Of a stretch of 64,000 nt of DNA, positions 10,590 to 21,563 are shown piece after piece. How positions within the stretch are numbered: position 1 is the stretch's first letter; the number at the start of each line of letters is the position of its first letter. The stretch comes from an uncultured Planctomycetaceae bacterium (lineage in GTDB: Bacteria; Planctomycetota; Planctomycetia; Isosphaerales; Isosphaeraceae): positions 6,176,001-6,240,000 of the forward strand of contig CAWIAD010000002.1 in NCBI GenBank assembly GCA_963833985.1, in the 5' to 3' direction. Below the pieces are notes generated by a model, which was given only the letters and a program-made list of their open reading frames with translations, did no database searches and had not been told where the DNA came from. A program made the position numbers and the translations under genes.

Positions 10590-12465
10590 CTACCAGTCCT
10601 TCCGGCCGTCGGCCGCGGCTTCCTGGGGCGGCTCCTCGGGCAGTCGCCGCTCCTGGGCATCGCGGATCTGATCCAGGGCCTGGTCAAGGCGATCATCCGG
10701 CGTTTCGCCCGCAGACCCGGGCGGCGCCTTGCTGGCCCCACCCGCGCCCCCGACGCGGCGACGGCCCGGGGGCGGGCGGTCACCGGTCTGACTGCTCGTG
10801 TTCCCGCCCCCGGACTGATTCTCCTGTTCCGGAGGAGTGCCGTCGTCCGGGGTATTCCCGCCGTCGGGCCGCTTGCGTGTGCCTGAGGGACGACGCTGCT
10901 GCTTGGACGCTGCCGGATCGCGTTCGCTCTCACCCTGCGGCGTGATGGAAGGAGGCACCTGTTCCAGTGCGTACTGACGGTTGATCGCGGCATCGTGGCG
11001 GACCGCGTCCAGGTCGGCACCGGTTGCGGTCGAGGCGAGGCAACGGTCGTAACGGGTGACTGCGCCGGAGACGTCGCCAAGCAACAGCACCGTGTTGCCC
11101 AGCGCATAGTCGATCTTGGCCCGGAGCTCTGAACCTGCATGCTGCTGCGCTTCCTCGTAGCGCTGGCGAGCCTGTTCGTCAGCGCCCCATCTGAAACAGC
11201 ACCGCGGCTGCGTTGTACCGCGGGATTGGCTGGTCGGGCGCCCGCTCGACGGCGGCCTCGAAGAGCCTCAGCGCCTCGGCCGGGCTTCCTCCGGCGTACG
11301 CCGCGTCGCCCTGACGCACGAGCTCGGCGGCGCTGGCCCGGCGCGGAATGGCGGCCGTTTCCCGCGTGTCGACCTTTTGAAGCGTCGGATGCTCAGGTTC
11401 CGGTTCCGGTTCTTGCCCCGCTCCGATACTCGTGAACGCGAGCGTCCCGAGCAGGACGGCCCCCGCGATCCGGTTCCACGCCCAGCGCCAGGGGCCGATG
11501 CGTCCGGCCGGCCAGCATCCCGACAGAGCCAGCCCGAGCGCCACGGCCAGGAAGAACGGGAACCGCTCCGGACGCTCGGCAATGTGTCTGGCCGCACGTT
11601 TCTGCCTTGCCACCGGTGCGATGCGGGTCTGGTAGAGCGTTTTCAGGTCGGCCGTGGCAAGGCCCAGCTTCAGGACCGCGCCGTCGTTTTCCTCCGCGAT
11701 CGCCTCCAGCGCCGTGTCGACCCTGCGCGAGAGCACCTGCGCACCCTCGTAGACAAGCGGCTCATTGCCCTGGCCCGAGGGGACCGGGTGGCCATTTTCG
11801 GGATCGCCGATCGCCACGGCGTGCACGATCGTTCCAGAGCGCGCCAGCCGATCGAGCCGGGTCCGCCAGCGCTCGGCCAGGTCTTCACCGTCCGAGAAGA
11901 CGACGATGGAGCGTCCCGCGGCATGCTCTTCATCGCCAAACGTCTCCAGCGCGGCGACCAGCCCCGCGCCCAGATCGGTGCCCCCGGGCTGGACAGTGCC
12001 AGGTTTCAGGCCGCGCAAGACTTCCACGACGCTGCCCAGGTTCTCGGTGAGCGGGCAGCGCCGCACGCCGCGGCCGGCGAAAGCGACCACCCCCGCGCGG
12101 TTGGCGGCGTCCGTCGCCAGCGCCGCCACCAGGCTCTCGGCGGCCTCGATGGCCACGGCCATCCGGCTGGGAACTGCATCTTCGGCGGCCATGCTCCGAC
12201 TCACGTCCATCAGGAGCACCACGTCGTGCCCGGGTGCCAGCGGCGGTTCGATGATCGAGCCGAATTTCGGCCGTGCCAGGGCCAGGACCAACAGGCTCGC
12301 GGCAACCAGGAGGCTCAAAGAGCGCAGGTGCGGCGGCCTGCCGCGCTGGGCCAGGAGTTTCCAGTCGCGTGAGCGCAGGCGTCGGCCGCGTAGCGACCAG
12401 AGCACCACGCCGAAGACAAGCAGCCAGAGCCAGAGGAGCCGGGGATAGGCGAAGGTCACGGTCAT
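10590..12465 (-). pseudogene. BatB-like VWA+TPR protein split by a frameshift at ~11180
   Basis: DVSRSM MIDAS, FSDGED; TPR 'YNAAAVLFQMGR' continues in another frame as 'EQARQRYEEA...DYALGN' and ends in KDW. Confidence 0.8.
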
Positions 12466-12493
12466 GATCTCATCATCGCACGAAGACGCTGGG

Positions 12494-13360
12494 TCACGAT
12501 GCGGCCGGGTCCTTGATGGCCGCGGCAATCCGCTCGCCCAGCGTCGTCAGCTCCTCGGCATTCTGCGGCACCTGTCCAAACGGATCCCCCGGGCGGAGAT
12601 GCGGGCGATGCGGCAAGGCGTGAACGCGCTGGTCCACCAGATCGAAGACCCCGTAGATCGTGTGCACCGAGTGGCCCTGGATGGCCGCGATTCCTTTCTG
12701 CACGTCGAATGCCGTCAAGGCGGCATTGAGATAGACGGCGGCTTCCACGAGCGCGTCGCGGTAGCCGGGGCTCTGTGTGGCGGCCGTACCGTGAACCCGA
12801 TCCAGCGCCTTGGCCGCGCCGCGGACGGCGATCTGGATCCGATCGACGAGCGAGCGGAGCGAGTGCGTGAAGGCGATCTCCGGGTAATCCTGCGGCGAGA
12901 GGTACGAGTCCACCGCGGCCGAGACCGCACCGCAGTTGGTATGCCCCAGCACCACCAGCAGCCGGAGACTCTCCTTGAGGTTCTGCACCGCGTAGTCGAT
13001 GCTCCCGAGGCACTCCGTTCCCAGCACATTGCCCGCCACACGGATGACGAACAGCTCGTTGGGCGGCTGATCGAAGATGCGCTCGATCGGCACGCGGGCA
13101 TCCGAGCAGCCCAGCACCAGGGCAAAAGGCGCCTGCTGGACCGGCGTTCCCGCGTTCAGCGGGAATCCCAGCAAGAGCGGGTCGGACGGGATGACGATCG
13201 AGCTGGGCCGGGCACCGCCCATGCACTCTTTCCGGACATGCGCGACGATCGCACGGAAGCGCTCGTGTCCTTGCTGGAGCTCGGCGACGGCCCGCTGCGG
13301 GTCCATCGCCGTCCGGGGCAGCAGTGCCTCGAACGGGTCGTAACGGTAGATGATATCCAT
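12494..13360 (-). CDS. Beta-class carbonic anhydrase
   Basis: GCSDARV, RVAGN, LGHTNCGAV. Confidence 0.92.
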   Translation of the reverse strand: MDIIYRYDPFEALLPRTAMDPQRAVAELQQGHERFRAIVAHVRKECMGGARPSSIVIPSDPLLLGFPLNAGTPVQQAPFALVLGCSDARVPIERIFDQPPNELFVIRVAGNVLGTECLGSIDYAVQNLKESLRLLVVLGHTNCGAVSAAVDSYLSPQDYPEIAFTHSLRSLVDRIQIAVRGAAKALDRVHGTAATQSPGYRDALVEAAVYLNAALTAFDVQKGIAAIQGHSVHTIYGVFDLVDQRVHALPHRPHLRPGDPFGQVPQNAEELTTLGERIAAAIKDPAAS

Positions 13361-13686
13361 GAATCGCCCTCGGGCCCGTCAGCTTGCCTGCTTTGCACGA
13401 TGAGACATGCCCTTGAGCATAGCGGAGGGCCGTTCACGACTCAATTCTTCGTGGCGGCGCAACCGTGTGGGCTTCGGGGTGCTCCTCGAACCGCCGTCCC
13501 CGACCGGAAGGCGCGGCCGGGGGGATGTCCGATTCTCGCAACACGATGCCGCCATGCCACCGCGACGCCCCTGCGAAAAGTAAGCGGAAACCGTCGTCCT
13601 CATTGAATTTCAAGCCTTGGAGGTTGATACTGGAAATCAGCTCAGCTCCCATCTCGACCTCATTCCTCTCCCGGCGAGGGGGCCTG

Positions 13687-14871
13687 ATGATGATTCCCTC
13701 CAGGCGTCGTTCCGCGTTCACCCTGATCGAGCTGCTGGTCGTGATCTCGATCATCGGAGTCCTGATCGCACTTCTGCTGCCTGCCGTGCAGTCCGCGCGC
13801 GAATCAGCACGGCGCGCCCAGTGTCTGAACAACCTGAAGCAGCTCGCCCTGGCTGCGCAAAGCTATCTCGCGCAGTCCAACGTGCTGCCGGTGCAGACCA
13901 TCGAAACCGGCTGGTTCTCCACGGGGAACCACCCGCTGAACTGGGGCGCCTCGTGGGCGGCGCAAATGCTGCCTCAACTCGAGCAGCAGCCGCTCTACAG
14001 CTCGATCAACTTCAATCTCCCCATCCTGGAGCTGACTTCGCCTTACTATTGTGCCAACACCACGGCCGGGCTCGCGGCCATCAGCACGCTGCTCTGCCCG
14101 TCGGAGAGCCTCAGCCCGAACCCATCGTTCAACCTCGCCACGTTCGAGGCGAACCCGCTGTCGGTCCAGTTCGCGGTCTCGAACTACGTGGGAAATTACG
14201 GAGGGCCGGCCATGATCAAGGCCTGGAGCGGCACCATCATTCCTGTCAAGGGACCCCCCAATCGATTGACCATCGCTTACTTCTCGATGGCTGCGTCGAG
14301 CGAGGTGCCGCCGGCGACTTGCGGACCCGTACGTGTGCAGTCCATCACGGACGGCACCTCGAACACCGCGCTGTTCAGCGAGCGCCTGCTCGGGGCGGGA
14401 AGCAAGGCGGCGGTCCCCGGCCCGAACGCCGCTGTCGGCGGAATCGATGCCAGGCGCGCGCTCTTCCAGACGACCTTCAACGTGGTCCTCGATCAGAAAG
14501 ACGCACAGGGCGCCCTGGCGTACGTCTCCGCCTGCAAGAGTCTGCCAGGGGGCACGCCCGCAGCCAGCTATCCCGGCATGCAGTGGATGCCAAGCATCGA
14601 CTACGCACCGCTGGAGAACGCCTACTCGCACGTGATGGCGCCCAATGGATTCTCGTGCACGGGATCACCGGACGGCGCACAGGTGATCGGCAGTAGTTTG
14701 TATGGCGGAATCGGCGCCGCGATCACGGCCACGAGCAACCACCCTGGCGGTGTCAACATCGCCTTTTGCGACGGCTCGGTGAAATTCATCAAGGATTCGA
14801 TAAACCTATCCGCCTGGTGGGCGCTGGGAACCCGCGATGGCCACGAGATCATCAGCGCCGACGCCTACTGA
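13687..14871 (+). CDS. DUF1559 prepilin-type protein (H-X9-DG)
   Basis: FTLIELLVVISIIGVLIALLLPAVQSARE; ITDGTSNT; HPGGVNIAFCDGSV. Confidence 0.95.
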   Translation: MMIPSRRRSAFTLIELLVVISIIGVLIALLLPAVQSARESARRAQCLNNLKQLALAAQSYLAQSNVLPVQTIETGWFSTGNHPLNWGASWAAQMLPQLEQQPLYSSINFNLPILELTSPYYCANTTAGLAAISTLLCPSESLSPNPSFNLATFEANPLSVQFAVSNYVGNYGGPAMIKAWSGTIIPVKGPPNRLTIAYFSMAASSEVPPATCGPVRVQSITDGTSNTALFSERLLGAGSKAAVPGPNAAVGGIDARRALFQTTFNVVLDQKDAQGALAYVSACKSLPGGTPAASYPGMQWMPSIDYAPLENAYSHVMAPNGFSCTGSPDGAQVIGSSLYGGIGAAITATSNHPGGVNIAFCDGSVKFIKDSINLSAWWALGTRDGHEIISADAY

Positions 14872-14874
14872 GTT

Positions 14875-15168
14875 TCACGGCAGAGACCGCCAGCGGACCA
14901 GAAAGGCCCAGAGGCACGCAAGACTTGTGCAGAGCAGGCAGCCCGTGATGCCCAGCAGGTCCAGGTGCTGGGTTCCCGGCGCTCCCCCCGAATCACGATG
15001 ACGCTGCCAGCTCCGGTGCCTGAGCCACTGCATGGCGAGGTGCCAGAACGCGCCCCCGATCAGCAGCACGGCCGGACCGAGCCCGTTCATCGTCGGACCG
15101 TGTGCCGCAAGCGAGCAAGAAGCCAGAACGAGAGCCACGCCAAGAAGCAGGAAATCCGTAGGGTTCAT
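14875..15168 (-). CDS. Small putative membrane protein
   Basis: Three hydrophobic segments; fills the gap divergent from the ECF-WD40 gene. Confidence 0.4.
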   Translation of the reverse strand: MNPTDFLLLGVALVLASCSLAAHGPTMNGLGPAVLLIGGAFWHLAMQWLRHRSWQRHRDSGGAPGTQHLDLLGITGCLLCTSLACLWAFLVRWRSLP

Positions 15169-15327
15169 CGCCTCGACCCTCGACCTCGCCTCTACCCGCC
15201 ATGGCGATGGAAACGCCATGGCTCCTCCCCCCCCATTCGATTTCTCACGGTTTTGCACGCGCCTGGCCCGATGCGGCCATTTATAGTAGGGACCTTTCAT
15301 CGTCAGCGAACCGCGAGAGCATGGCTC

Positions 15328-17406
15328 ATGGCAAGAGACAGTGTGAGGAATTCACTTCAGCATTTCCAGACTCTCTGCACGCTCGGGGCGATCGGCGGGC
15401 TCAGCGACCACGAGTTGCTCGCGATGTTTCTGCTGCAAGACGAGCGTAACGCCAACGCCGCGTTCAAGGTTCTGGTGCAGCGACATGGGCCCATGGTCAT
15501 GGGCGTTTGTCGACGCATGCTCGCCCATCACCACGCGGCGGAAGACGCTTTCCAGGCGACGTTCCTGATCCTGGTACGGCGCGCGGGCACCGCCTCGCGG
15601 CAGGCAAAGCTGGCAAGCTGGCTGCACGGCGTTGCCGTCCGCGCCGCGAAGGAGACGAGACGCTCCGAGGCGCGGAGGCTGGCCAGGGAAAAGGCCCTTC
15701 GCGGGGGCGGCTCGGTGGAGCATGCCTGCGACGATCGAGCCGACCAGATCGACCTGAAACTGGTGCTCGACGAGGAGTTGAGCCGTCTTCCGGGGCGATA
15801 CCGGGCCGCTCTTGTGGCGTGTGAGCTGGAGGGAAAATCGCGCCGGGAGGCAGCGCTGGAGCTGGGAGTGCCGGAAGGAACGCTCTCGAGCGATCTGGCA
15901 CGCGGGCGAAAGCTCTTGAGGAAGCGGCTGGAGCGTCGCGGCTTGAGTGCCTCGGCCTGGCCGTCAGCGGGAGGGGCCTTCGAGGTGGGACGGGATCTGT
16001 ACCCGGATGCGCTGGCGGAATCATCGGCTCGAACCGCGGTGAGTCTCCGATCCGGAGACGTCTCGACAATCTCGCCCCAGGTCCTCCGGGTGATTCATTC
16101 TGCGGGAAGGAGCACCTTCGTGAGCAAACTGATTATGGCGACGGCGAGCTGCGCTTCCGTGGCAGTCCTGGTGCTGGCCGGGGGTGTGGCCTGGTCCGGT
16201 CAAGACGCACCGCCCCGGACCAGGGCCAAAGCACCCGGGCTGCCGCGCGTCTCCTCGTCCGTGGAAGGTGACAAGCTACGCATAAATCTCGAGGTTCCTC
16301 TTGACCTGGTGGTCCCCAGCACGGTCATCCTGCGGGGTCAAGGACGGGAGATCGAGATCGCAATCGGCCCGCGGCTGCTCCGTCGCATGCAAGGGCACAC
16401 CGGGCCGGTCAGTGCGGTGGCGTTCTCTCCGGATGGTCAGCGGATCCTTTCGGCGAGCGGCTGGCCCTGGGGCGATCGAACCTTGCGGCTCTGGGACGTG
16501 GCCAGCGGTGCAGAGATCCGACGGTTCCAGGCGGCCCGCGACGATTCTGGCCCCGCAACGCACGGCCCACGCGAAGTTCCCGGTGAGGTATACTGCCTCG
16601 CGTTCACCCCCGACGGGCGCCAGGCCCTCTCGGCAGGCGCCGGCGGGTTGGTTCAGCTCTGGGACCTGGAAACCGGCAAGGAAATACGTCGGTTCCCTGG
16701 GCACACCGGCACGGTCTACGATCTGGCGATCTCAGCCGACGGCCACCGCGCCCTGACGGGCAGCCGGGACAGAACGGCCCGGCTTTGGGACCTTTCCAGC
16801 GGCCGGGAGATGCAATGCCTCAAGGGCCACACCGGCTGGGTCCGCTCGGTGGCGTTCGAGTTTCCCGATTGCCTCCGCGCGATGACGGGTTCCGGTCCTG
16901 GAGACCCCACGCTGCGGCTTTGGAACCTCGAGAAGGGCCGCGAGCTGGGAGCTTTCCATCAGGACGGTATCGTGCGCGATCTGGGGTCTGTACCTGGTCC
17001 GCCCGGGAGTGGGCTGTGGGCCATCGCGGCCGTCAACCCCGAAACCCACAATGCCCCCGGCGCAATCCACTACTGGGACCTGAATGTTGCACGCGACGCT
17101 CGCCAGTTCCGTGGGCATCGCGCTGCCGTCACCAGCGTGGCGTTTTCTCCGGATGGCCGACAGTTCCTCTCGTCGAGCTACGATGGCACGGTGCGGCTCT
17201 GGGACATTGTGAGCGGGCGCGAGCTGTACCGTCTGGCCGATCATCGGGAATGGGTCTGGACGGTGGCTTACAGTCCGCGGGGCAACCTGGCTGTCTCGGG
17301 CGGAGGCGGCTCCGGCGGCGACCAGACCGTTGCACCCGGCCACGACTTCGCCCTTCGCTTGTGGGACCTATCTGCGCTGCCAGAAGTGAAGAAAGAGACG
17401 CAGTGA
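15328..17406 (+). CDS. ECF sigma factor with C-terminal WD40 repeats
   Basis: RHGPMV..VCRR..AEDAFQATFL; TM segment; multiple GH...WD repeats. Confidence 0.9.
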   Translation: MARDSVRNSLQHFQTLCTLGAIGGLSDHELLAMFLLQDERNANAAFKVLVQRHGPMVMGVCRRMLAHHHAAEDAFQATFLILVRRAGTASRQAKLASWLHGVAVRAAKETRRSEARRLAREKALRGGGSVEHACDDRADQIDLKLVLDEELSRLPGRYRAALVACELEGKSRREAALELGVPEGTLSSDLARGRKLLRKRLERRGLSASAWPSAGGAFEVGRDLYPDALAESSARTAVSLRSGDVSTISPQVLRVIHSAGRSTFVSKLIMATASCASVAVLVLAGGVAWSGQDAPPRTRAKAPGLPRVSSSVEGDKLRINLEVPLDLVVPSTVILRGQGREIEIAIGPRLLRRMQGHTGPVSAVAFSPDGQRILSASGWPWGDRTLRLWDVASGAEIRRFQAARDDSGPATHGPREVPGEVYCLAFTPDGRQALSAGAGGLVQLWDLETGKEIRRFPGHTGTVYDLAISADGHRALTGSRDRTARLWDLSSGREMQCLKGHTGWVRSVAFEFPDCLRAMTGSGPGDPTLRLWNLEKGRELGAFHQDGIVRDLGSVPGPPGSGLWAIAAVNPETHNAPGAIHYWDLNVARDARQFRGHRAAVTSVAFSPDGRQFLSSSYDGTVRLWDIVSGRELYRLADHREWVWTVAYSPRGNLAVSGGGGSGGDQTVAPGHDFALRLWDLSALPEVKKETQ

Positions 17407-17423
17407 GTGTTGCGACTCGAACT

Positions 17424-18437
17424 TCACGGCAGCCTCCGCAGCGGGCCGGAGACCAGCAGTCGGTCAAGCAACAGCAGCACAAATGCCAGGCCGGCCCAGG
17501 GGGCGAAGTGCTCGTCGTAGCGCGTGCGGATCGTCGTCCGGATCAGGCTTTTCTCGAGCTCACTGATGGTCTGGAAGATCTCGCGCAGGGCGTCGGCGTC
17601 GGCCGCCACGAACGAACGGCCGCCGGTGATGCCGGCCAGCCGCTCGAGCAGGGCGATGTTCGGGCCCTCCGTCTCGGTCACGACGGGCTGCCGTGAAGTG
17701 GGGTCAGTAGCGTGCACGATCCCGCCCGTGCGGCCAACGGCGATCGTGTGCAGGGTGATGCCCAGGTCGCGCGCCATGGTCGCCGCGGACTCGGGGTCGA
17801 CCCGCAGCGCCGGGGGAACTGCCGGCTCGTCGTTGCCGTCGGTCAGGAGAATCAGCACTCGCTTGCTTGGCGTGGCCTCACGCAAGGCGCCCAGGGCCTT
17901 GGCGATGGCGTATCCGATGTTCGTGCCGTCATCGCCGGGCCGAGCGATGCGCACGGCCTGGGCACTTTCCAGCAGGAACCGGTGGTCCGCCGTGAGCGGG
18001 CAGCTCATGTCGGGGTAGTTGGCGAAGACGACCAGTCCGATCAGGTCATCCGGGCGGCCCTCGACGAACTCGGCGAACGTGGTCTTGGCAGCCTCCAGCC
18101 GGCTGATTTTCCGCGTTTCTCGATCGACGGGGAAATCCACCGTTTTCATGCTCGAGCTCTGGTCCAGCGCCACGACAATTGCCACCCCGTGGGACGCGAT
18201 CCGGATGACGCCGCCGACCGTCTGCGGCCGTGCCAGGGCCACCGAGAGCGCGGCGATCGCCAGGCTGCGCAGGGCCGCCGGCACGAACCGCAAGGCCAGC
18301 CGCGCCGACCTTCGCCTTTGCCCCGGCGGCAGGTCGGCAAAGCTGGGCCAGAGCATGCGCGGCCGGGCCCGTTCCAGAACCACTGGTACGGGGAGCAAGA
18401 TGAGCAACAAGAGCCAGCCGGGATGAGCGAATTCCAT
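17424..18437 (-). CDS. BatA-like VWA domain protein
   Basis: ALARPQ, DQSSSM, LTDG; N- and C-terminal TM. Confidence 0.85.
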   Translation of the reverse strand: MEFAHPGWLLLLILLPVPVVLERARPRMLWPSFADLPPGQRRRSARLALRFVPAALRSLAIAALSVALARPQTVGGVIRIASHGVAIVVALDQSSSMKTVDFPVDRETRKISRLEAAKTTFAEFVEGRPDDLIGLVVFANYPDMSCPLTADHRFLLESAQAVRIARPGDDGTNIGYAIAKALGALREATPSKRVLILLTDGNDEPAVPPALRVDPESAATMARDLGITLHTIAVGRTGGIVHATDPTSRQPVVTETEGPNIALLERLAGITGGRSFVAADADALREIFQTISELEKSLIRTTIRTRYDEHFAPWAGLAFVLLLLDRLLVSGPLRRLP

Positions 18438-18485
18438 GGAAAACACCGGTAAGACCGGCCCCCGAGCCTTGATCTCGCCGACAGG

Positions 18486-19694
18486 TTACGGGCGGCCACC
18501 CAGCAGCGCCCGTCGCGCCGCCAGGGCCCGCGCGAGTGCCGCTTCCGGGTCGGCATCAAGCACGGTCAGGTGGCCCATTTTTCGGCCCGGCTCGGCCGCA
18601 CGCTTGCCGTAGAGGTGGATCTTGACGGCTGGATCGAGCCGCAGGGCAGCATCCCAGCAAGGTTCGCCGCCGGCCCAGAGGTCGCCCAGCAGGTTGACCA
18701 TGGCCGCGGGCATGGTCAGGTCGCTGGGGCCCAGCGGTAATCCGCAGAGCGCGCGTACCTGCTGTTCGAACTGGCTGGTCACGGCGGCCTCGATGGTGAG
18801 ATGTCCCGAATTATGCGGCCGGGGGGCAATCTCGTTGACGAGCAGGCGGCCCTCCGCCGTGACGAAGAACTCGACGCAGAGAACGCCCACGGTCCCCAGC
18901 GCCCTGGCCACGCCCAGGGCCAGCGCCCGGGCTTCCGAGGAGACGATCGGCCCCACAGGCGCCGGCATCATGGTCGTGTCGAGGATGTGTCGCTCGTGGC
19001 GGTTCAGCGCCACGGGATAAGCCACGGCATCTCCGTCCTGCCCGCGCGCCACCACCACGGAAAGCTCGCAGGCGAACTCGACCCAGCCCTCGGCCACGCA
19101 CGGCACGCGGCCAAGGCTGGCCCAGCCGGCTTCCATCTCTTCGGCCTGCGCCACCAGCACTTGCCCCTTGCCGTCGTAGCCGGAGCTGGCCGTCTTGAGG
19201 ATGAGCGGCAGCCCCAGCGCCCGCGGGGCCGAGCTGAGCTCCTGCTCGTTCCGGACCGGACGCCAGGGGGCGTGGGGGATTGCGTGGCGGGTCAGGAAGG
19301 TCTTCTCGCGAAGCCGGTTCTGGCTGGTCCAGACGGTACGCCAGCCGGGCCGCACCACCCGCCTGCGCGACAGCCAGCGGAGCGCCGGGGCCGAGACATT
19401 CTCGAATTCGACGGTGACCGCCTCGGCCTGCGCGGCAAGGGATTGAAGCGCGGCCAGGTCGTCGGGAGCACCGAGCACCGTCCAGTGAGCCACCTGGGCC
19501 GCCGGGTCATCGCCGGAGGTGCCCAGCACGCCCACCTGGTAGCCCATCCGCTGCGCCGCCTGGACGAACATCCGGCCCAGTTGACCGCTGCCGATGACGG
19601 CCAGCGACGCCGGGGGAACGAGGACCTTGTGAGCCGCATCATTCGCGGGACAGGCGACGGCTGAAGCGACCGTACCAGCGGTTCGCGAGCTCAT
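18486..19694 (-). CDS. purK: N5-CAIR synthetase
   Basis: [33 protein letters not shown]. Confidence 0.96.
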   Translation of the reverse strand: MSSRTAGTVASAVACPANDAAHKVLVPPASLAVIGSGQLGRMFVQAAQRMGYQVGVLGTSGDDPAAQVAHWTVLGAPDDLAALQSLAAQAEAVTVEFENVSAPALRWLSRRRVVRPGWRTVWTSQNRLREKTFLTRHAIPHAPWRPVRNEQELSSAPRALGLPLILKTASSGYDGKGQVLVAQAEEMEAGWASLGRVPCVAEGWVEFACELSVVVARGQDGDAVAYPVALNRHERHILDTTMMPAPVGPIVSSEARALALGVARALGTVGVLCVEFFVTAEGRLLVNEIAPRPHNSGHLTIEAAVTSQFEQQVRALCGLPLGPSDLTMPAAMVNLLGDLWAGGEPCWDAALRLDPAVKIHLYGKRAAEPGRKMGHLTVLDADPEAALARALAARRALLGGRP

Positions 19695-20194
19695 ACCGGC
19701 GTTTCTCCCACGGCGTCAGTCTGGTCCTGGCGGAACCGTGCGAGAGCAGCGCGCAGGGCCGGGTACTTGCGCGCCAGGATGGCCGCGGCCAGAAGCCCCG
19801 CATTCGCCGCGCCCGCGTTGCCGATCGCCAGCGTTCCCACCGGAACTCCACGGGGCATCTGAACGATCGAGAGCAACGAATCCATGCCCTTGAGCGACTT
19901 GCTTTCCACCGGCACCCCCAGCACTGGCAGAATCGACATTGCCGCGAGCATGCCGGGCAAGTGCGCCGCGCCACCGGCACCCGCGATGATGACCTCCAGG
20001 CCCCGTCCTTCCGCCTCCCGGCCATACCGGAAGAGGCGTTCCGGCGTGCGGTGCGCCGAGACGACCTTGCTCTCGAAGGGTATGCTCAGCTCGGTGAGGA
20101 CCTCGGCGGCATGCCGCATGGTCTCCCAGTCCGACTTGCTCCCCATCACGACCCCCACCAGGGGCGATCGGGGTACTTCGGGCGTTTCGGCCAC
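19691..20194 (-). CDS. purE: N5-CAIR mutase
   Basis: [30 protein letters not shown]. Confidence 0.97.
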   Translation of the reverse strand: MAETPEVPRSPLVGVVMGSKSDWETMRHAAEVLTELSIPFESKVVSAHRTPERLFRYGREAEGRGLEVIIAGAGGAAHLPGMLAAMSILPVLGVPVESKSLKGMDSLLSIVQMPRGVPVGTLAIGNAGAANAGLLAAAILARKYPALRAALARFRQDQTDAVGETPV

Positions 20195-20213
20195 GTCGAC
20201 CTCGCATGAATCT

Positions 20214-20699
20214 TCAAGCGTCGATTGGGTTGATCGAATCCCCGATGTGAATCACACCGCCCTCCAGGATCTCCGCCCGCAAGCCGCCCCGATGCACGAG
20301 CGCGGCGCAAACACCTTGCCGGGTCAGCGACTCCAGGTGCGCACAGGGCTCGCACAGACGGATGCCGCGGAGTGTCACCGGGCCAACCCGGAAGGTCTTG
20401 CCCACCAGGTGATTGAGCGCGATCCCCCGCGTGACCACATTGCGGCGGGTCTCGATCGGTCGCAGGGGAATCTCGTCAACTCGGTTCACCGCATCGATCG
20501 CCTCCGCCTCGATGAGGGTGATCTCGCGATCGGGACCAGTCTTGACGTCCGGCAGGCCCGGGCGGCGATATTTGCGGTCTCCTTCCAGGCCATGCCCGGC
20601 GACTGCAATCACCGCTTCAACCGCCTGTAACGGCTGCTTCGACGTGGGACCGATGAACAGGGCCTTGACGGCAGGGTTCGAGTCTTGAGTGCTGGACAT
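20214..20699 (-). CDS. MOSC domain protein
   Basis: [28 protein letters not shown]. Confidence 0.9.
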   Translation of the reverse strand: MSSTQDSNPAVKALFIGPTSKQPLQAVEAVIAVAGHGLEGDRKYRRPGLPDVKTGPDREITLIEAEAIDAVNRVDEIPLRPIETRRNVVTRGIALNHLVGKTFRVGPVTLRGIRLCEPCAHLESLTRQGVCAALVHRGGLRAEILEGGVIHIGDSINPIDA

Positions 20700-20738
20700 G
20701 GTCAAGATTCCGATTGAGAATCCACGTGAATGCACTGC

Positions 20739-21404
20739 TCAGTTCGACGTTTTCTTCTTCACCCAGCGGTCGGCCAGCTCGAGCAGCCGGGCGAGCGGCA
20801 GCTCATAACCGGGCAGCAGGGGCGTGGCGTAAGACGCGTCTGCGGCGATCACGATCTCTTGCTCGGGCTCGGGGTTGAAACGGCAGACGGTCATCGTCCT
20901 CGAGAATCGATCTACGATCCAGTATTCCTTCACGCCAATCTCGCGGTACTCGGCGCGCTTTGCCTGGTAATCACGCTGTTGATTGACTTTTCCCTTCGAG
21001 ACCAGCTCGATGATGATCGTGGGTGTTTCGCCCGGCTCGGGCAGACGCCCCAGACCCGCCCAGATCACGCGGTCGGCTCGCCGACGGTTCTTTCTCGTCT
21101 CGATCTCCTCCTCGGCGAGCGTCGCGTCCAGTGCCGAGCCCTGTGGATGCGACTCCTGATAGTTCCGCAGCCAGCGGCCTAATTCTTCGTTCGGATCACG
21201 TTCACTACGTGCGGGAATGGGGGACACGACAAGAACCTCATTGATCAGCTCGTACCGCCAGCCTTTGACGAATCGCGCACGGTCGAACTCATCGGTGCTC
21301 AGCAGCAGCCCGGCCGATCGCGGCCCGAGGCGTAGCCGTGGTGGTCTCGTCCGGCGCGGACGTTTCCCCCCTGTCTCGCGCGTTGTCGGTGCCTGCGACA
21401 TCAT
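20739..21404 (-). CDS. Uma2-family endonuclease-fold protein
   Basis: YELINEVL, IELVS, DYQAKRAEY...EYWIVD. Confidence 0.88.
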   Translation of the reverse strand: MMSQAPTTRETGGKRPRRTRPPRLRLGPRSAGLLLSTDEFDRARFVKGWRYELINEVLVVSPIPARSERDPNEELGRWLRNYQESHPQGSALDATLAEEEIETRKNRRRADRVIWAGLGRLPEPGETPTIIIELVSKGKVNQQRDYQAKRAEYREIGVKEYWIVDRFSRTMTVCRFNPEPEQEIVIAADASYATPLLPGYELPLARLLELADRWVKKKTSN

Positions 21405-21563
21405 GGACCTCGGCTGGAGGGCGGTCTTCAAGACTCGATCACGAGTGTACGGCCATTCTACCGCATCCTGCCTGCGGAATTGACCCTCAATCAGGAACCG
21501 GGGAAGATGGAGCCATCTTGAACGGAGTTGATGCCAGGGCTGGCCTCGAGGAAAGGATGACGG

